This document shows positions 9,729-20,962 of a stretch of 64,000 nt of DNA, piece by piece. Both the position numbers and the translations under genes were made by a program. The notes below the pieces were generated by a model. The model saw only the letters and a program-made list of their open reading frames with translations. It was not told the DNA's origin and did no database searches. Each line of letters begins with the position of its first letter. Position 1 is the first letter of the stretch. This stretch comes from Oscillospiraceae bacterium (lineage in GTDB: Bacteria > Bacillota > Clostridia > Oscillospirales > Oscillospiraceae), in assembly GCA_024404315.1 (NCBI GenBank), contig JAKSQD010000005.1, positions 599-64,598 of the forward strand, in the 5' to 3' direction.

Positions 9729-11056
9729 GCCTGTACCTCCTCTTCCGCAATCTCAACTTGCGCAGTCTCAACAGCGGGCTGTTCCAGCCCCTTGAGGTAG
9801 TAAACGGTATCCAGCTTCCACTGGCTGGCGGAACGCATCGCGTCTTCTCGGGTGACGTGTTCCAGTGCGGAGGAAATTTCCTGTGGGGTGAGCTTCAATT
9901 CTGAAACCGCCTGACTGAGCCAATAGTCCTCCTGTGCACTTTGGCTATCCAAAATGGTGCGGAATGTGCTGGAAACAGCGTCCTTTGCTGCTTGCAGGTC
10001 GCTTTCTGAGAAATCGCCCTCTCGAACCGCCTCCAACTGAGCGAGAATTTCGGTCTCCGCCTGCTCAAAGTCCTCAAACTTCATGCCGGACTGCACAAAG
10101 AGCAGCCCCTTGTGCTTATCCGTCACGGAACTGGCGTAATAGCACAGAGAAAGGCGTTCCCGGACATTCTGGAACAGCTTGGAAGTGGGCAATCCACCAA
10201 AAATGGCGTTGGCTACCACCATAGCGGGATAGCCCATGCTGTTCAGCGTGCAGCCGGTGCGGAAGCCCATGACTAACTTACCCTGGGTCACGTCCAGATG
10301 CTCGGTGACACGTCGCACCTCATCTCCGGCGGTCTTGCGCCAATCGGTGGAAAGCTCACAGCGTTCATTGCTGCGGGGAAGCTCCATCAGTGCCTCCCGC
10401 CACGCCTGCTCCACCCGTTTGGGGTCGGCGGAGCCGCAGTAATAGGCTTCCACACGAGCGGTAGAGAGCACCTGGCGGTAATGCTGGGTCAGCTTAACCA
10501 CGCCAATTTTCTTGGCGGAGCTGAGGTCGCCCAAACGATCCACGCCGTAAGCCTCTCCGGCGCACATCTCCTCAGTCAGACGCTGGCGGGCATACTGTCG
10601 CTTGTCATTGACAGAGCTGCGGATATCATCCATCAGATTTTTTCGCTCACTGACCACATAATCATTGCGGAGACGGCCATTTTTGGTAGCGGGACGGAGC
10701 AGCAAATCACCCATCATCCGAGCGGCACGATCCAACAAGGGCAAATCGTCTGGAACCAGGCCATCATCCAAAAAGGTTGCCACAAAACCAAAGCTCTGAA
10801 CCTCGCCTCGTTTGGTGACGGTAGGCTCAATGACACCGCCATACAGCTCGTCTAAGGCGGCGGAAAGCTGTTCCATGGTGGGATAATGAACCGTACCACG
10901 GCGGAGCACTCTGGGAAGAACCGCATTGAAAGCGGCAGTTTCCTTTTTCAAAGGAAGAATCAACCGTAAGGACCAGAAACTGCTTTTGAATTTTTTTGTC
11001 TGAATGCAGGTCAGACCAACTCCCGGGGAAAGCTCGATTCGGGAAACATCCTGCAT
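9725..11056 (-). CDS. ymfF: M16 family inactive-type peptidase subunit (YmfF-like)
   Basis: TKKFKS, L.ELYG, SKLFQNVRERLSLCYYASS; paired with ymfH; start set at ATG 11056 by SD GAGGTG. Confidence 0.85.
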   Translation of the reverse strand: MQDVSRIELSPGVGLTCIQTKKFKSSFWSLRLILPLKKETAAFNAVLPRVLRRGTVHYPTMEQLSAALDELYGGVIEPTVTKRGEVQSFGFVATFLDDGLVPDDLPLLDRAARMMGDLLLRPATKNGRLRNDYVVSERKNLMDDIRSSVNDKRQYARQRLTEEMCAGEAYGVDRLGDLSSAKKIGVVKLTQHYRQVLSTARVEAYYCGSADPKRVEQAWREALMELPRSNERCELSTDWRKTAGDEVRRVTEHLDVTQGKLVMGFRTGCTLNSMGYPAMVVANAIFGGLPTSKLFQNVRERLSLCYYASSVTDKHKGLLFVQSGMKFEDFEQAETEILAQLEAVREGDFSESDLQAAKDAVSSTFRTILDSQSAQEDYWLSQAVSELKLTPQEISSALEHVTREDAMRSASQWKLDTVYYLKGLEQPAVETAQVEIAEEEVQA

Positions 11057-11089
11057 AGAGATCACCTCTCATTTCAACTCATTGTCCCC

Positions 11090-11118
11090 ATTATACTAAA
11101 CCTTGGTTCAGTTGGCAA
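11090..11118 (-). promoter_or_regulatory. sigma-A promoter for ymfF-ymfH-lgt
   Basis: Minus strand TTGCCA-17 bp-TATAAT. Confidence 0.7.
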
Positions 11119-11224
11119 CAATTCGCTTTGGATTTCTTTTGACAAGGGCACAAAAACCCGGCGCATTCCACATTCCACGAAATACGCCAGGTTCAATGGT
11201 GAACAGTATGTTTGAAAATTGCTT

Positions 11225-11740
11225 TTAGCGAGTCAGCTTCAGCAGCTGCGCTCCCTGGGTCACTTCGCCGGAAGCATCCAGGTCGATGGTTTTGAAGTCA
11301 TCGGTGTTCAGGACAGCGGCAATCACAATGGCAGGATAACCGGCGGCTCTGATTTGATCCACGTCCACCTCCAGAAGAGCATCCCCTTCCTTGACCTTTT
11401 GTCCCTCACGAACCAGAGCTTGAAAGCCCTTTCCCTTCATCTCTATGGTGTCAACGCCCACATGAAGGATGATCTGCACGCCGTTTTCTCCGGCGACGCC
11501 AAGCGCATGGAAGGACGATGCCACCTGCATAATCGTACCGGTAAAGGGAGATTTGACCTCCACGATACCGCCGGTCGGCTCAATGCCGCAGCAAAAACCC
11601 ATTGCGCCGCTGTTAAAAGCTGCGTCGGGAATGTCCTTCATGGAAACAACAGTACCAGAAACCGGAGCAACAGCGGACACAGAGGAAGGATAGACCCGTT
11701 CTGCCTGCTTCTTTTTATTGAAAAAATCGAAAAAGCCCAT
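11225..11740 (-). CDS. Stand-alone PTS glucose-family EIIA component
   Basis: APVSG.VV.M..IPD.AF, HALG, ILHVGVDT..MKG.GF. Confidence 0.9.
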   Translation of the reverse strand: MGFFDFFNKKKQAERVYPSSVSAVAPVSGTVVSMKDIPDAAFNSGAMGFCCGIEPTGGIVEVKSPFTGTIMQVASSFHALGVAGENGVQIILHVGVDTIEMKGKGFQALVREGQKVKEGDALLEVDVDQIRAAGYPAIVIAAVLNTDDFKTIDLDASGEVTQGAQLLKLTR

Positions 11741-11753
11741 TCCGTTCTCCTTT

Positions 11754-12149
11754 TTACAGCTGATAGGTCTTAGGAGGCTCGGTAAAAGAGCAAATGACGG
11801 CGGTAGCGTTGTTCAGGTAGTAGACAGCGGTGTTTCCGTCTCCGGGCTGGTACATGGCTTTCAGGGAAGGATAAGCGTCCAGCATATGCTCCTGGGGCTC
11901 GATGCGGTCATCATGAATGGCCTCACCGGTGACACGAATCCACTTGCCCTCTGCCATGCCGGAAAGCTCCACCTTGGGATTGGCGGCCATCTGCTTGGCA
12001 ACGTCTTTTTTCAGTCCGGTCTGGATGTATAGCTTACCCTCGAACAGGTCAATGGTTCCAAAGGGACGGACTCTAGGCTGCTCTCCGTCCATCGTGGCCA
12101 GGTAATAAGTACCGCATTTTTTCAAAAACTCATATACTTCGTTCATCAT
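11754..12149 (-). CDS. Pyridoxamine 5'-phosphate oxidase-like FMN-binding protein
   Basis: YYLATMDGEQPRVRPFG, NPKVEL; start at MMNEVYEF with SD AGGAGG. Confidence 0.85.
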   Translation of the reverse strand: MMNEVYEFLKKCGTYYLATMDGEQPRVRPFGTIDLFEGKLYIQTGLKKDVAKQMAANPKVELSGMAEGKWIRVTGEAIHDDRIEPQEHMLDAYPSLKAMYQPGDGNTAVYYLNNATAVICSFTEPPKTYQL

Positions 12150-12233
12150 AAATTCCTCCTTATTTGGATTCAGAAACGAATATTTGGATAGAAACAGTAT
12201 AACACCAGTACATCCGATCCGCAAGGCCAGATT

Positions 12234-14762
12234 TTATTCTTTCTCAAAGATTGCTTCCACAGTGGTGTCCTTGAGAAGGCGCAGCTCTGCATAAGGCTGA
12301 TCCCCTTCGGTGAGAACGCCATTCTTGGAGACCTTCCAACCGGCAAACACATAACCCTCGGCAGGCTCCGCCGTGAGGGTGACGGGGCAGGCTGAGTGAT
12401 AGCGTCCCTGCCACTGGCCGGAAGAAAGGTCGGGTGTCAGGGTGTTGAGATGCACCGTACCGCCGTTTGCGTTCTGGGCGGAAAGGGTCAGCGTGTAAAG
12501 CTGGCCAGAAATCCCAAAGTAGGCTTCCAGATCCGGCAAAACAGCTTGAAAGCGCTCCTGAAAGAAGGACTTCATTTCCTCGCAGTTGGCCTTGAAGCGG
12601 GTATCATGCGTTTTTTTGTTGAGGGTAAGGGAATCATCGGTTTTCGGATAACGTTGGACGCAGACCCAGGCCATTTCCCGGTAGTCCTCCGCCAGCTGGT
12701 CAAGCAGGTCGGTCATGGTATCGCTGTCATAAATACCGTTGCCCATATCCAAAAAGGCGTTGATAAACTGCTGACAGAACCGCTCGTTCTTCATCAGGTA
12801 GGGAAAAAACGGGTCATTAGAAAGGCTCTGAGATTTACTCAATCGTGTGCCGGTGAAGCTGGGATAGGCTGCGGAGGCTTCGGCGGAGCCGCTGGAGTAA
12901 TCCAAATCATACAAAATCCAGTGCCAGCGCTGGTCAGCGTAGGGATTGGAACGATCCAGCTTTTTGCTGTAGAACAGCACCCCGTTTTGTCCCTCGTACC
13001 AATCCAGATTGGCAATGTAAATCTGAGCAGCGTAGAAGTCAATGAAGCTCTCTATATCCATCATGGTATCAAGCTGTGCGTAGGTCTCGGGGTCGGAGAG
13101 GTCATTTTTAGAGATAAAGTCCAACAGGGGCTGGTAGTAGGTCTCATAATCGCCCTCCTCCCCCATCTCATAGACCCAGCTTCCGCCCTTCCCCTTCATC
13201 AAAACAGTGTCATCGGTGTCAACACCATAATGATCTTCCAGGTAGGTGTCACTGTCATAAGCCTCCTGCATGGCATAAAAACCACAGTATTCTCCATCCA
13301 AAAACACCTGGATGAGCTGATGGTCTTGCGTATACATCGCACGGCCAGCATTCATGCGCTGGCTCAAAACATAGCGGCGGGGAGAAAGTGCCGTTGTCAG
13401 CAGCACCTTATCTGTGGTCAAGCCATCCGCAAAAAAGGGCTTCAAAAACTCGTTGTTTCCGTCGTATTCCGAGCGAGCCAGGAGGGAAAAGGACTTCTGC
13501 GCCGCCCGGCGGCTGGTGTTGCCGTGCATCCGAATGCCTGCTTCCTGTGTGAAGGAAAAAGACTTGTCAGAGTTAAAATAGTCGATATGGATGGGGCGTT
13601 CCCAATCGCTGCCGGACTGGAAGTAATGGAAATAGTCTCGCATGGCATACCACTTGGTTGCCGTGGTGATTTCGCCTTTGTCCAGGGCTTTGAGATAACG
13701 ATTTCCCGTGACCATGATGCCATTTTCCATTCCGTAAAGTCCTTCCGGGTCGCTGACCAAAGAGAGAACCGGGATTTTTTCGTATCCCTTCCGCTGACCA
13801 AAGCCAACAAAATAAGAGGCGGTTGTCACTTCGCTGGTCATGCCCTGCTCGTCCACCGCAATGGCACGCAGGACGGTACACTTATCCACATTCTTTTTGG
13901 GGAGCAGATAGTTGGCGTAATAGTCCTGATAGGCCGGTTTTTCATCCGCCAGAGGTGTTTTTCTCAGAGCGCCAAGGAACTGATTTTTGCTGTAGACGTT
14001 GGGGTTTTCCGTTGCGTCCGTGATGGTCAGGGGTTTGGTATATTGCTCTGAATCAGGGGTCGGAGTCGAGCCATCCAGCGTATAATAAACGCTCGCACCA
14101 TCAGGGACTTTGATTGATAGCGTGAAAGGCTTGTCATAAAAGCCGCTTTGCGCCGAAAAAACCGGTGCTTCCACAAGTGAATAGACCTCCGCTTGACTGT
14201 TATCCTCACCCGGCGTGGGAGAAAGCGGAGAAAGAAGACCTTCTTGTGTATAACCAAAGCTTGTTTGCGCCTGTAAAGTGTAAGGCGTTGACAGAGTATC
14301 CATCACCGTTCCCTCTTGGCTGAGGCACACCGTATCGCCACGCTTGACAGAGAAATCCATTTTCAGAGGGTTTTCATCCTCGCTGCGTTCCATGCCGACC
14401 AAGAGATAGGCTTCCGCTTCAATCACGGCATCCTCCGGGAAGGTATAACGGTGAAGGTCGGTTTTTTTGTTGCTGAGAGACCAGCCGTTCAAGGAAATTG
14501 CCTCCTCGGTTGGGTTGTACAGCTCCACCCAGCCTTGGGACACACTGACTTCATTGATACGAAGATGGGGTTCCTCTGGGGAAGGAAGAAGGTGGAACAA
14601 ACCTCTCAGGCCGTAGAGCGCCACAGAAGCCGCAAACAGCACACCAACGGCAGAAAAGACCAGCCATCTCCCCTGCCTTGGTGTCAGGCGAGACAGCTGA
14701 TCCTGATAATTTTTCATCTGCTTCCAGAGTCCCGTGCGCTTATCGTTAAAATCCATTGTCAT
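12234..14762 (-). CDS. CotH kinase family protein with N-terminal TM, lamin-tail-like and Fn3-associated domains
   Basis: RINEV..WVELYNP (LTD); PVFS..SGFY..YYTLDGSTP; GIRMHGNTSR, NLDW, W.WILYDLD (CotH). Confidence 0.85.
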   Translation of the reverse strand: MTMDFNDKRTGLWKQMKNYQDQLSRLTPRQGRWLVFSAVGVLFAASVALYGLRGLFHLLPSPEEPHLRINEVSVSQGWVELYNPTEEAISLNGWSLSNKKTDLHRYTFPEDAVIEAEAYLLVGMERSEDENPLKMDFSVKRGDTVCLSQEGTVMDTLSTPYTLQAQTSFGYTQEGLLSPLSPTPGEDNSQAEVYSLVEAPVFSAQSGFYDKPFTLSIKVPDGASVYYTLDGSTPTPDSEQYTKPLTITDATENPNVYSKNQFLGALRKTPLADEKPAYQDYYANYLLPKKNVDKCTVLRAIAVDEQGMTSEVTTASYFVGFGQRKGYEKIPVLSLVSDPEGLYGMENGIMVTGNRYLKALDKGEITTATKWYAMRDYFHYFQSGSDWERPIHIDYFNSDKSFSFTQEAGIRMHGNTSRRAAQKSFSLLARSEYDGNNEFLKPFFADGLTTDKVLLTTALSPRRYVLSQRMNAGRAMYTQDHQLIQVFLDGEYCGFYAMQEAYDSDTYLEDHYGVDTDDTVLMKGKGGSWVYEMGEEGDYETYYQPLLDFISKNDLSDPETYAQLDTMMDIESFIDFYAAQIYIANLDWYEGQNGVLFYSKKLDRSNPYADQRWHWILYDLDYSSGSAEASAAYPSFTGTRLSKSQSLSNDPFFPYLMKNERFCQQFINAFLDMGNGIYDSDTMTDLLDQLAEDYREMAWVCVQRYPKTDDSLTLNKKTHDTRFKANCEEMKSFFQERFQAVLPDLEAYFGISGQLYTLTLSAQNANGGTVHLNTLTPDLSSGQWQGRYHSACPVTLTAEPAEGYVFAGWKVSKNGVLTEGDQPYAELRLLKDTTVEAIFEKE

Positions 14763-14773
14763 AGCCTCCGGGG

Positions 14774-15712
14774 TTATTCTTCCTGGGTGACATCCATGCC
14801 GTTCTCATCGCAGAAAACGGTGATGCTTCCTTCTCTGGTCAACCAAACCTCTGTTCCCGCTTCTTGCAGCTTGGTCATCAGAGCGCTATGCTCCCGCTCC
14901 GAAGCGGACGAGGTGATAAGGGCGTGCTCGGGCACAAACTTTTTCAGCAGCTTCTGCAACGGCTTTGGGTCTCTGCCATGGTGGGGAATTTTCAAAAAAT
15001 CATACTGGGTTCCGTCGTACTGATTGGAAAGGAACTCCTTAACACGGGCTTTTTCTGCATCACCAGCAAACAGCAGCGTTTGTCCACCCTTGGAGCAAAA
15101 AACAGCGGTAATGATAGAGGAATTGTTGTCCTCATCCTTGGCGTAGGAATGCTCCATCGGCGGGTAAAGGATATAAGTGACTTCTCCCAGCTCCAAAAGG
15201 ATGGTTTCTGTGAGCGTGACCACTTCCGTTTGGGGGTTCTGACGCAAAGCGTCCAGCAGGGCGGCGTACTGCTCACTGTCTCCTTCGAACTCGGTTCTGT
15301 AAAGGTAATTCACTTGTATGCGGTTCAGCACCTCGGCAGCTCCTCCGATATGGTCTCGGTCGAAGTGCGTGAGAATGAGCGCATCCAAGCAGGTGACATG
15401 ATTTTCCTCCAAAAGGTTCAGAATTCTCCGGGCGTGGACATCTTCTCCGGTATCAATCAAAACCGCACTCTCTGGAGTGGTGAAAAGGAAGGCATCGGCA
15501 GCAGTGGAAAGCTTGGGGCAGCTGATTTTTAATCCTGGATATCTGTCAAGTAGATTTCCTTCACTGGAATCTGTCTCAACAACCGGAGGCAGAGGCTGCT
15601 CTTCCGGCTCGATGGAAAGGTGCTCTTTGTAGCCCAGCAAGCCGAAAACAGACATCCCCAAGGCAGTAATCCCGGCCATGATGCGGGAAGATCGTTTGTT
15701 TCCCATACTCAA
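14774..15712 (-). CDS. ComEC/Rec2-like metallo-beta-lactamase-fold hydrolase
   Basis: VLIDTG, LILTHFDRDHIGG, NNSSI, LFAGDAE, KIPHHG. Confidence 0.88.
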   Translation of the reverse strand: MSMGNKRSSRIMAGITALGMSVFGLLGYKEHLSIEPEEQPLPPVVETDSSEGNLLDRYPGLKISCPKLSTAADAFLFTTPESAVLIDTGEDVHARRILNLLEENHVTCLDALILTHFDRDHIGGAAEVLNRIQVNYLYRTEFEGDSEQYAALLDALRQNPQTEVVTLTETILLELGEVTYILYPPMEHSYAKDEDNNSSIITAVFCSKGGQTLLFAGDAEKARVKEFLSNQYDGTQYDFLKIPHHGRDPKPLQKLLKKFVPEHALITSSASEREHSALMTKLQEAGTEVWLTREGSITVFCDENGMDVTQEE

Positions 15713-16413
15713 AGAACCTGCTTGTTCTTGCGCTCGACGATGGCGGGAGCCACGATGAGCATCACGTTCATGTTGCCATTGCGAATGCGAATTTCATCCA
15801 ACAGTTCTTTTTGGTTCATTTTTTTCTTGGGCAACAGCTGATAGCGCAGCTCACAGAGAGAGCCAAAATCTGTGGTACGAACCATCAAAAGGGTGTAGCT
15901 CTTGGTGTGCTTTTGCAGCACTGGGTCAAACACATTCTGGAAATCCAACGTTTCAGGAACCCAGATTTTCAGCAGCATGGGATTGCCCTCTGGCTGACCC
16001 CATTTGACCGCTTCCAAAACAAAAATGAGGGCGCACATGACAACGGTAAACAGGATGCAGTAAGCCACATAACCGCAGCCACAGAGCACGCCGCAGCAGA
16101 TGGAGGCGAACAGATACGCCAAATCCTTGGTTTCCACGGGGCCGCTTCTGAAACGAACCAAGACAAAAATACCGCCCAGCCCCAAAGCGGTGGCAATGTT
16201 GCGCCCCACCAGCAGAATCACGATGGCAGCGGCAACAGGAACCACCACCATGGCCAGCGGAAGTCCGTTTGGGGCAACTTCGTCCCGGTGATGAAAGATA
16301 TAAACCGTGCTGAACAGCAGCCCGCAAAGAATCGAGGCAAACAGAATCATAGAAAAGCCGGTTAAGCTAATCCCCGCAGCGATGTCAGCTTGAAACAAAG
16401 ACTCAAATGGCAT
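15709..16413 (-). CDS. DUF4956 family membrane protein
   Basis: ALGLGGIFVLVRFRS.P.ETKDLAYLF; C-terminal IRIRNGNMNV. Confidence 0.85.
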   Translation of the reverse strand: MPFESLFQADIAAGISLTGFSMILFASILCGLLFSTVYIFHHRDEVAPNGLPLAMVVVPVAAAIVILLVGRNIATALGLGGIFVLVRFRSGPVETKDLAYLFASICCGVLCGCGYVAYCILFTVVMCALIFVLEAVKWGQPEGNPMLLKIWVPETLDFQNVFDPVLQKHTKSYTLLMVRTTDFGSLCELRYQLLPKKKMNQKELLDEIRIRNGNMNVMLIVAPAIVERKNKQVL

Positions 16414-16443
16414 AGAAAAACCTCCTGAATGGGTGGAAAGCGG

Positions 16444-17304
16444 TCACTCTTCCACAGGAATATACATCTGCTCTGTGCCGGTGATGGTTCCTGGGCAGCC
16501 GAACAGAAAGGGCGCTTCGACGGTAACGGCAGCGGTATCTGCCAGAGCAATACCAGAGACCGCTTTCAAGGCGTAGTGTCCGGCATTTAGGGATACAGAG
16601 CAATTTTCCATTGAAATTCCACCGGATGTTTGGACAGCGTTTTCCCCACTGGTCAGAGTGACAACGCCGTCGGTCATTGCAACGCTATCCTTCCCCCGTA
16701 AGGCTTGGTTGGGGGCGGTCACGGTGATGATTCCGTTGCGGATGAGCAAATCATCCGTGGTGGAAATTCCGTTGCGGAAATGAGCCGTGACGGTCAGGCT
16801 TCCTTTTCCTTTGATGGTCAAGTCCGCTTTGGAAAAAACGCAGGCGTTGGGCTGGTTGTTGTCTGCTTCCGGGAAGGCGTAGTATTCGCCATCGGTTAAG
16901 AAGTTTACGGTGTCCTCTGGCAGTTTGAGCTTGACCTTGCCAGCGCTTTTGACCCAAATGGGCGCTGAGTGTTGGCAGGTAATGGACACGTCATCCAGCT
17001 CCAGCGTGACTGCATCCTCCGGGCCAGCATCCACGATGATTTGCCCATCCTCCAGCGTGCCGGAAAGCTCATATTTTCCCGGGGCGGTGATGGTGGCCGT
17101 GGTTCCCTCTACCAAAATGGTTTTGGAATCGCTGACCAAGATATGATCTCCTTCTAAATAGAGGCCACCGTGACCAGCAATTTCCTCTGCAAAGGTGATT
17201 CCTGAATAATCAGAAGATGCCACATAGCCCTTCAACAGGTTCCAGCTCAACACAAGCGCCGCCAACAGCACTCCCATACAAAGCAGAGCGTTCCTTTTTC
17301 GCAA
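16444..17304 (-). CDS. Carbohydrate-binding domain protein (DUF4353-like beta-helix)
   Basis: TITAPGKYELSGTLEDGQIIV, L...T.N.LTDG, FSKADLTIKG.GSL, GKDSV; TTG start at 17304 after SD GGAGG. Confidence 0.8.
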   Translation of the reverse strand: MRKRNALLCMGVLLAALVLSWNLLKGYVASSDYSGITFAEEIAGHGGLYLEGDHILVSDSKTILVEGTTATITAPGKYELSGTLEDGQIIVDAGPEDAVTLELDDVSITCQHSAPIWVKSAGKVKLKLPEDTVNFLTDGEYYAFPEADNNQPNACVFSKADLTIKGKGSLTVTAHFRNGISTTDDLLIRNGIITVTAPNQALRGKDSVAMTDGVVTLTSGENAVQTSGGISMENCSVSLNAGHYALKAVSGIALADTAAVTVEAPFLFGCPGTITGTEQMYIPVEE

Positions 17305-17439
17305 ACAGTATCCCTCCAGAAAAAGAACCATAATTCATCAGAATAAGTATAGCACTGATTTCCCAGATTGTCTACCAGCCAAACAGAAAGCGCAAAGGGA
17401 AATCCAGCGGGATTTTCAGGAAATTTTCCTGTTTAACCG

Positions 17440-18642
<1,203 letters not shown>

Positions 18643-18713
18643 AGAGGCCAACTGCTCTTATTTGCAGTTTGAAATGTGTTTATTTTTATCTTTCATCATT
18701 GGAGGAATTTACT

Positions 18714-19997
18714 ATGGCATACACCATCAACACCAAGTGCGTTCAGGCCGGTTACACCCCCGGCAACGGCGAGCCCCGCCAGATTCCCATCATCCAGTCC
18801 ACCACCTTTAAATACAACACCAGCGAGGACATGGGTGCGCTGTTTGACCTGGAGGCTTCCGGTTACTTCTATACCCGCCTTCAGAACCCCACCAACGACT
18901 ATGTTGCCGCAAAAATCGCCGAGCTGGAAGGCGGCACTGCTGGTATGCTGACTTCTTCCGGTCAGGCAGCCAATTTCTTTGCCCTCTTCAACATCTGCGA
19001 GTGCGGCAGCCACATTGTCGCCTCCTCCTCTATTTATGGCGGCACCTTCAATCTGATTGCTGTCACCATGGCAAAGATGGGCGTTTCCGCTACCTTTGTC
19101 TCTCCCGACTGCACAGAGGAGGAGCTGGATGCCGCTTTCCAGGAGAATACCCGTGCGGTCTTTGGCGAAACCATCGCAAACCCCGCTCTGACTGTTCTGG
19201 ACATTGAGAAGTTCGCTCAGGCGGCTCATAAGCATGGCGTTCCTCTGATTGTGGACAACACCTTCCCCACTCCCGTCAACTGCCGTCCCATTGATTGGGG
19301 CGCTGATATCGTCACCCATTCTACCACCAAGTACATGGACGGTCACGGCGCAGCTGTGGGCGGCGCAATCGTGGATTCCGGCAATTTTGACTGGATGGCT
19401 CACGCCGACAAGTTCCCCGGCCTTTGCACCCCCGATGATTCCTATCACGGCATCACTTATGCGGAAAAGTTCGGTCAGGCTGGTGCTTTCATCACCAAGT
19501 GTACCGCTCAGTTGATGCGTGACTTCGGCTGCATTCAGGCTCCTCAGCACGCTTTCCTGCTGAATCTGGGTTTGGAGTCCCTGCATGTGCGTATGCCTCG
19601 CCATGTGGAGAACGGCATGGCCTGCGCCCAGTTCCTCCAGAACCATCCCAAGGTTAAGAGCGTGATTTGCCCCAACCTGCCTGGCGACAAGTACTATGAG
19701 CAGGCTCAAAAGTATCTGCCCAACGGCGGCTGTGGTGTCATCTCCTTTGAGCTGGAGGGTGGCCGTCCCGCCGCAGAAGCTTTCATGAAGAATTTGAAGC
19801 TGGCCGCCATCGAAACCCATGTTGCTGACGCACGTTCCTGCTGCTTGAATCCCGCCACTTCTACTCACCGTCAGATGACGGACGAGCAGCTGGCTCAAGC
19901 CGGTATCCCCGCTGGTCTGATTCGTCTGTCCTGCGGCCTGGAAGACAAGGCTGACCTCATTGCTGACCTGGCTCAGGCTCTGGACGGCATTGAATAA
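18714..19997 (+). CDS. metY: O-acetylhomoserine aminocarboxypropyltransferase / sulfhydrylase (PLP)
   Basis: YTRLQNPT, SSGQAA, IVTHSTTKYMDGHG, PATSTHRQ; start at 18714 after SD GGAGG. Confidence 0.9.
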   Translation: MAYTINTKCVQAGYTPGNGEPRQIPIIQSTTFKYNTSEDMGALFDLEASGYFYTRLQNPTNDYVAAKIAELEGGTAGMLTSSGQAANFFALFNICECGSHIVASSSIYGGTFNLIAVTMAKMGVSATFVSPDCTEEELDAAFQENTRAVFGETIANPALTVLDIEKFAQAAHKHGVPLIVDNTFPTPVNCRPIDWGADIVTHSTTKYMDGHGAAVGGAIVDSGNFDWMAHADKFPGLCTPDDSYHGITYAEKFGQAGAFITKCTAQLMRDFGCIQAPQHAFLLNLGLESLHVRMPRHVENGMACAQFLQNHPKVKSVICPNLPGDKYYEQAQKYLPNGGCGVISFELEGGRPAAEAFMKNLKLAAIETHVADARSCCLNPATSTHRQMTDEQLAQAGIPAGLIRLSCGLEDKADLIADLAQALDGIE

Positions 19998-19998
19998 G

Positions 19999-20463
19999 AT
20001 GACCAGAAAAGAACGGGCGATGAAGAACTTCACCGATGGCTATAACTGCGCTCAGTCGGTGGTTCTGGCCTACTCTGACCTGTTGGGATTGGAGGAAGCA
20101 ACCCTCAGCCGCCTTTCTTGCTCCTTTGGAGGGGGTATGGGTCGCCTGAGAGAGGTATGCGGCTCGGTGAGCGGAATGTTTCTGGCCGCTGGTCTGCTTT
20201 ACGGCTACGATGGGCCGGAAACCGGCAAGGTCAAAGCGGAGCACTACGCTCGCATTCAGGAGCTGGCTCATGCGTTTGAGGAACGAAACGGCTCCATTGT
20301 CTGCCGGGAGCTGCTGGGATTGAAGGTCAAACACGACGAATCCACGCCCTCCGCCCGAACAGCGGACTATTACCGCAAACGCCCCTGCAAGGAGCTGATT
20401 GGTATGTCCGCCGAAATTTTGGAGGAATACATCTGCTCTCACCCGCTTCACGAACAACCGTAA
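19999..20463 (+). CDS. C-GCAxxG-C-C family putative redox protein
   Basis: YNCAQSV, FGGGMG, VCGSVSG, IVCRELL, PCKELI. Confidence 0.9.
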   Translation: MTRKERAMKNFTDGYNCAQSVVLAYSDLLGLEEATLSRLSCSFGGGMGRLREVCGSVSGMFLAAGLLYGYDGPETGKVKAEHYARIQELAHAFEERNGSIVCRELLGLKVKHDESTPSARTADYYRKRPCKELIGMSAEILEEYICSHPLHEQP

Positions 20464-20518
20464 TGGGCTTTTTCACAGTCTGTGGAAGAAAAATTTGCGT
20501 CTTTTTTGTAAATATCTC

Positions 20519-20547
20519 TTGCCACAGACATAAAAACCCTGTATAAT
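20519..20547 (+). promoter_or_regulatory. sigma-A promoter for yajC
   Basis: TTGCCA-17 bp-TATAAT. Confidence 0.7.
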
Positions 20548-20603
20548 AGGTTCACTATGCTGTGCTGGTGGGTTCACCGGCAAAACAACGGAGGTAAACA
20601 ATT

Positions 20604-20900
20604 ATGGACGGCACTTTATATTCCATTCTGATGATCGTCGTGATGATCGCAATCTTCTACTTCATGCTCATTCGCCCCGAGCAGAAGAAGAAGAAGGAAC
20701 AGGACGCTATGCGCTCCAGTCTGGCTGTGGGTGATGATATCACCACCATCGGCGGCATTGTCGGCACCATCTGCGCTGTAAAGCCTAACACAATCGTCAT
20801 TGAGACCGGCGCTGACCGTGTTCGTATCGAGCTGATGAAGTGGGCCATTTCCACCAAGGGGATTCAGGCAAACGAGGACGGCAAGGCTGAGTCCAAATAA
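20604..20900 (+). CDS. yajC: Preprotein translocase subunit YajC
   Basis: YFMLIRPEQKK, SLAVGDDITTIGGIVG. Confidence 0.95.
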   Translation: MDGTLYSILMIVVMIAIFYFMLIRPEQKKKKEQDAMRSSLAVGDDITTIGGIVGTICAVKPNTIVIETGADRVRIELMKWAISTKGIQANEDGKAESK

Positions 20901-20916
20901 GCACGAATAAAAATTT

Positions 20917-20962
20917 CCTCCCGCTCATAGGTTCTCTCAAGGAACGAACGGGAGGTTTTTTT
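20917..20962 (+). terminator. Rho-independent terminator after yajC
   Basis: CCTCCCG...CGGGAGG followed by a T-run. Confidence 0.65.

Noticed and set aside
18643-18713. SAM riboswitch or T-box upstream of metY
   Set aside because: Only ~70 bp with a short AACTGC/GCAGTT hairpin; no riboswitch core motifs.
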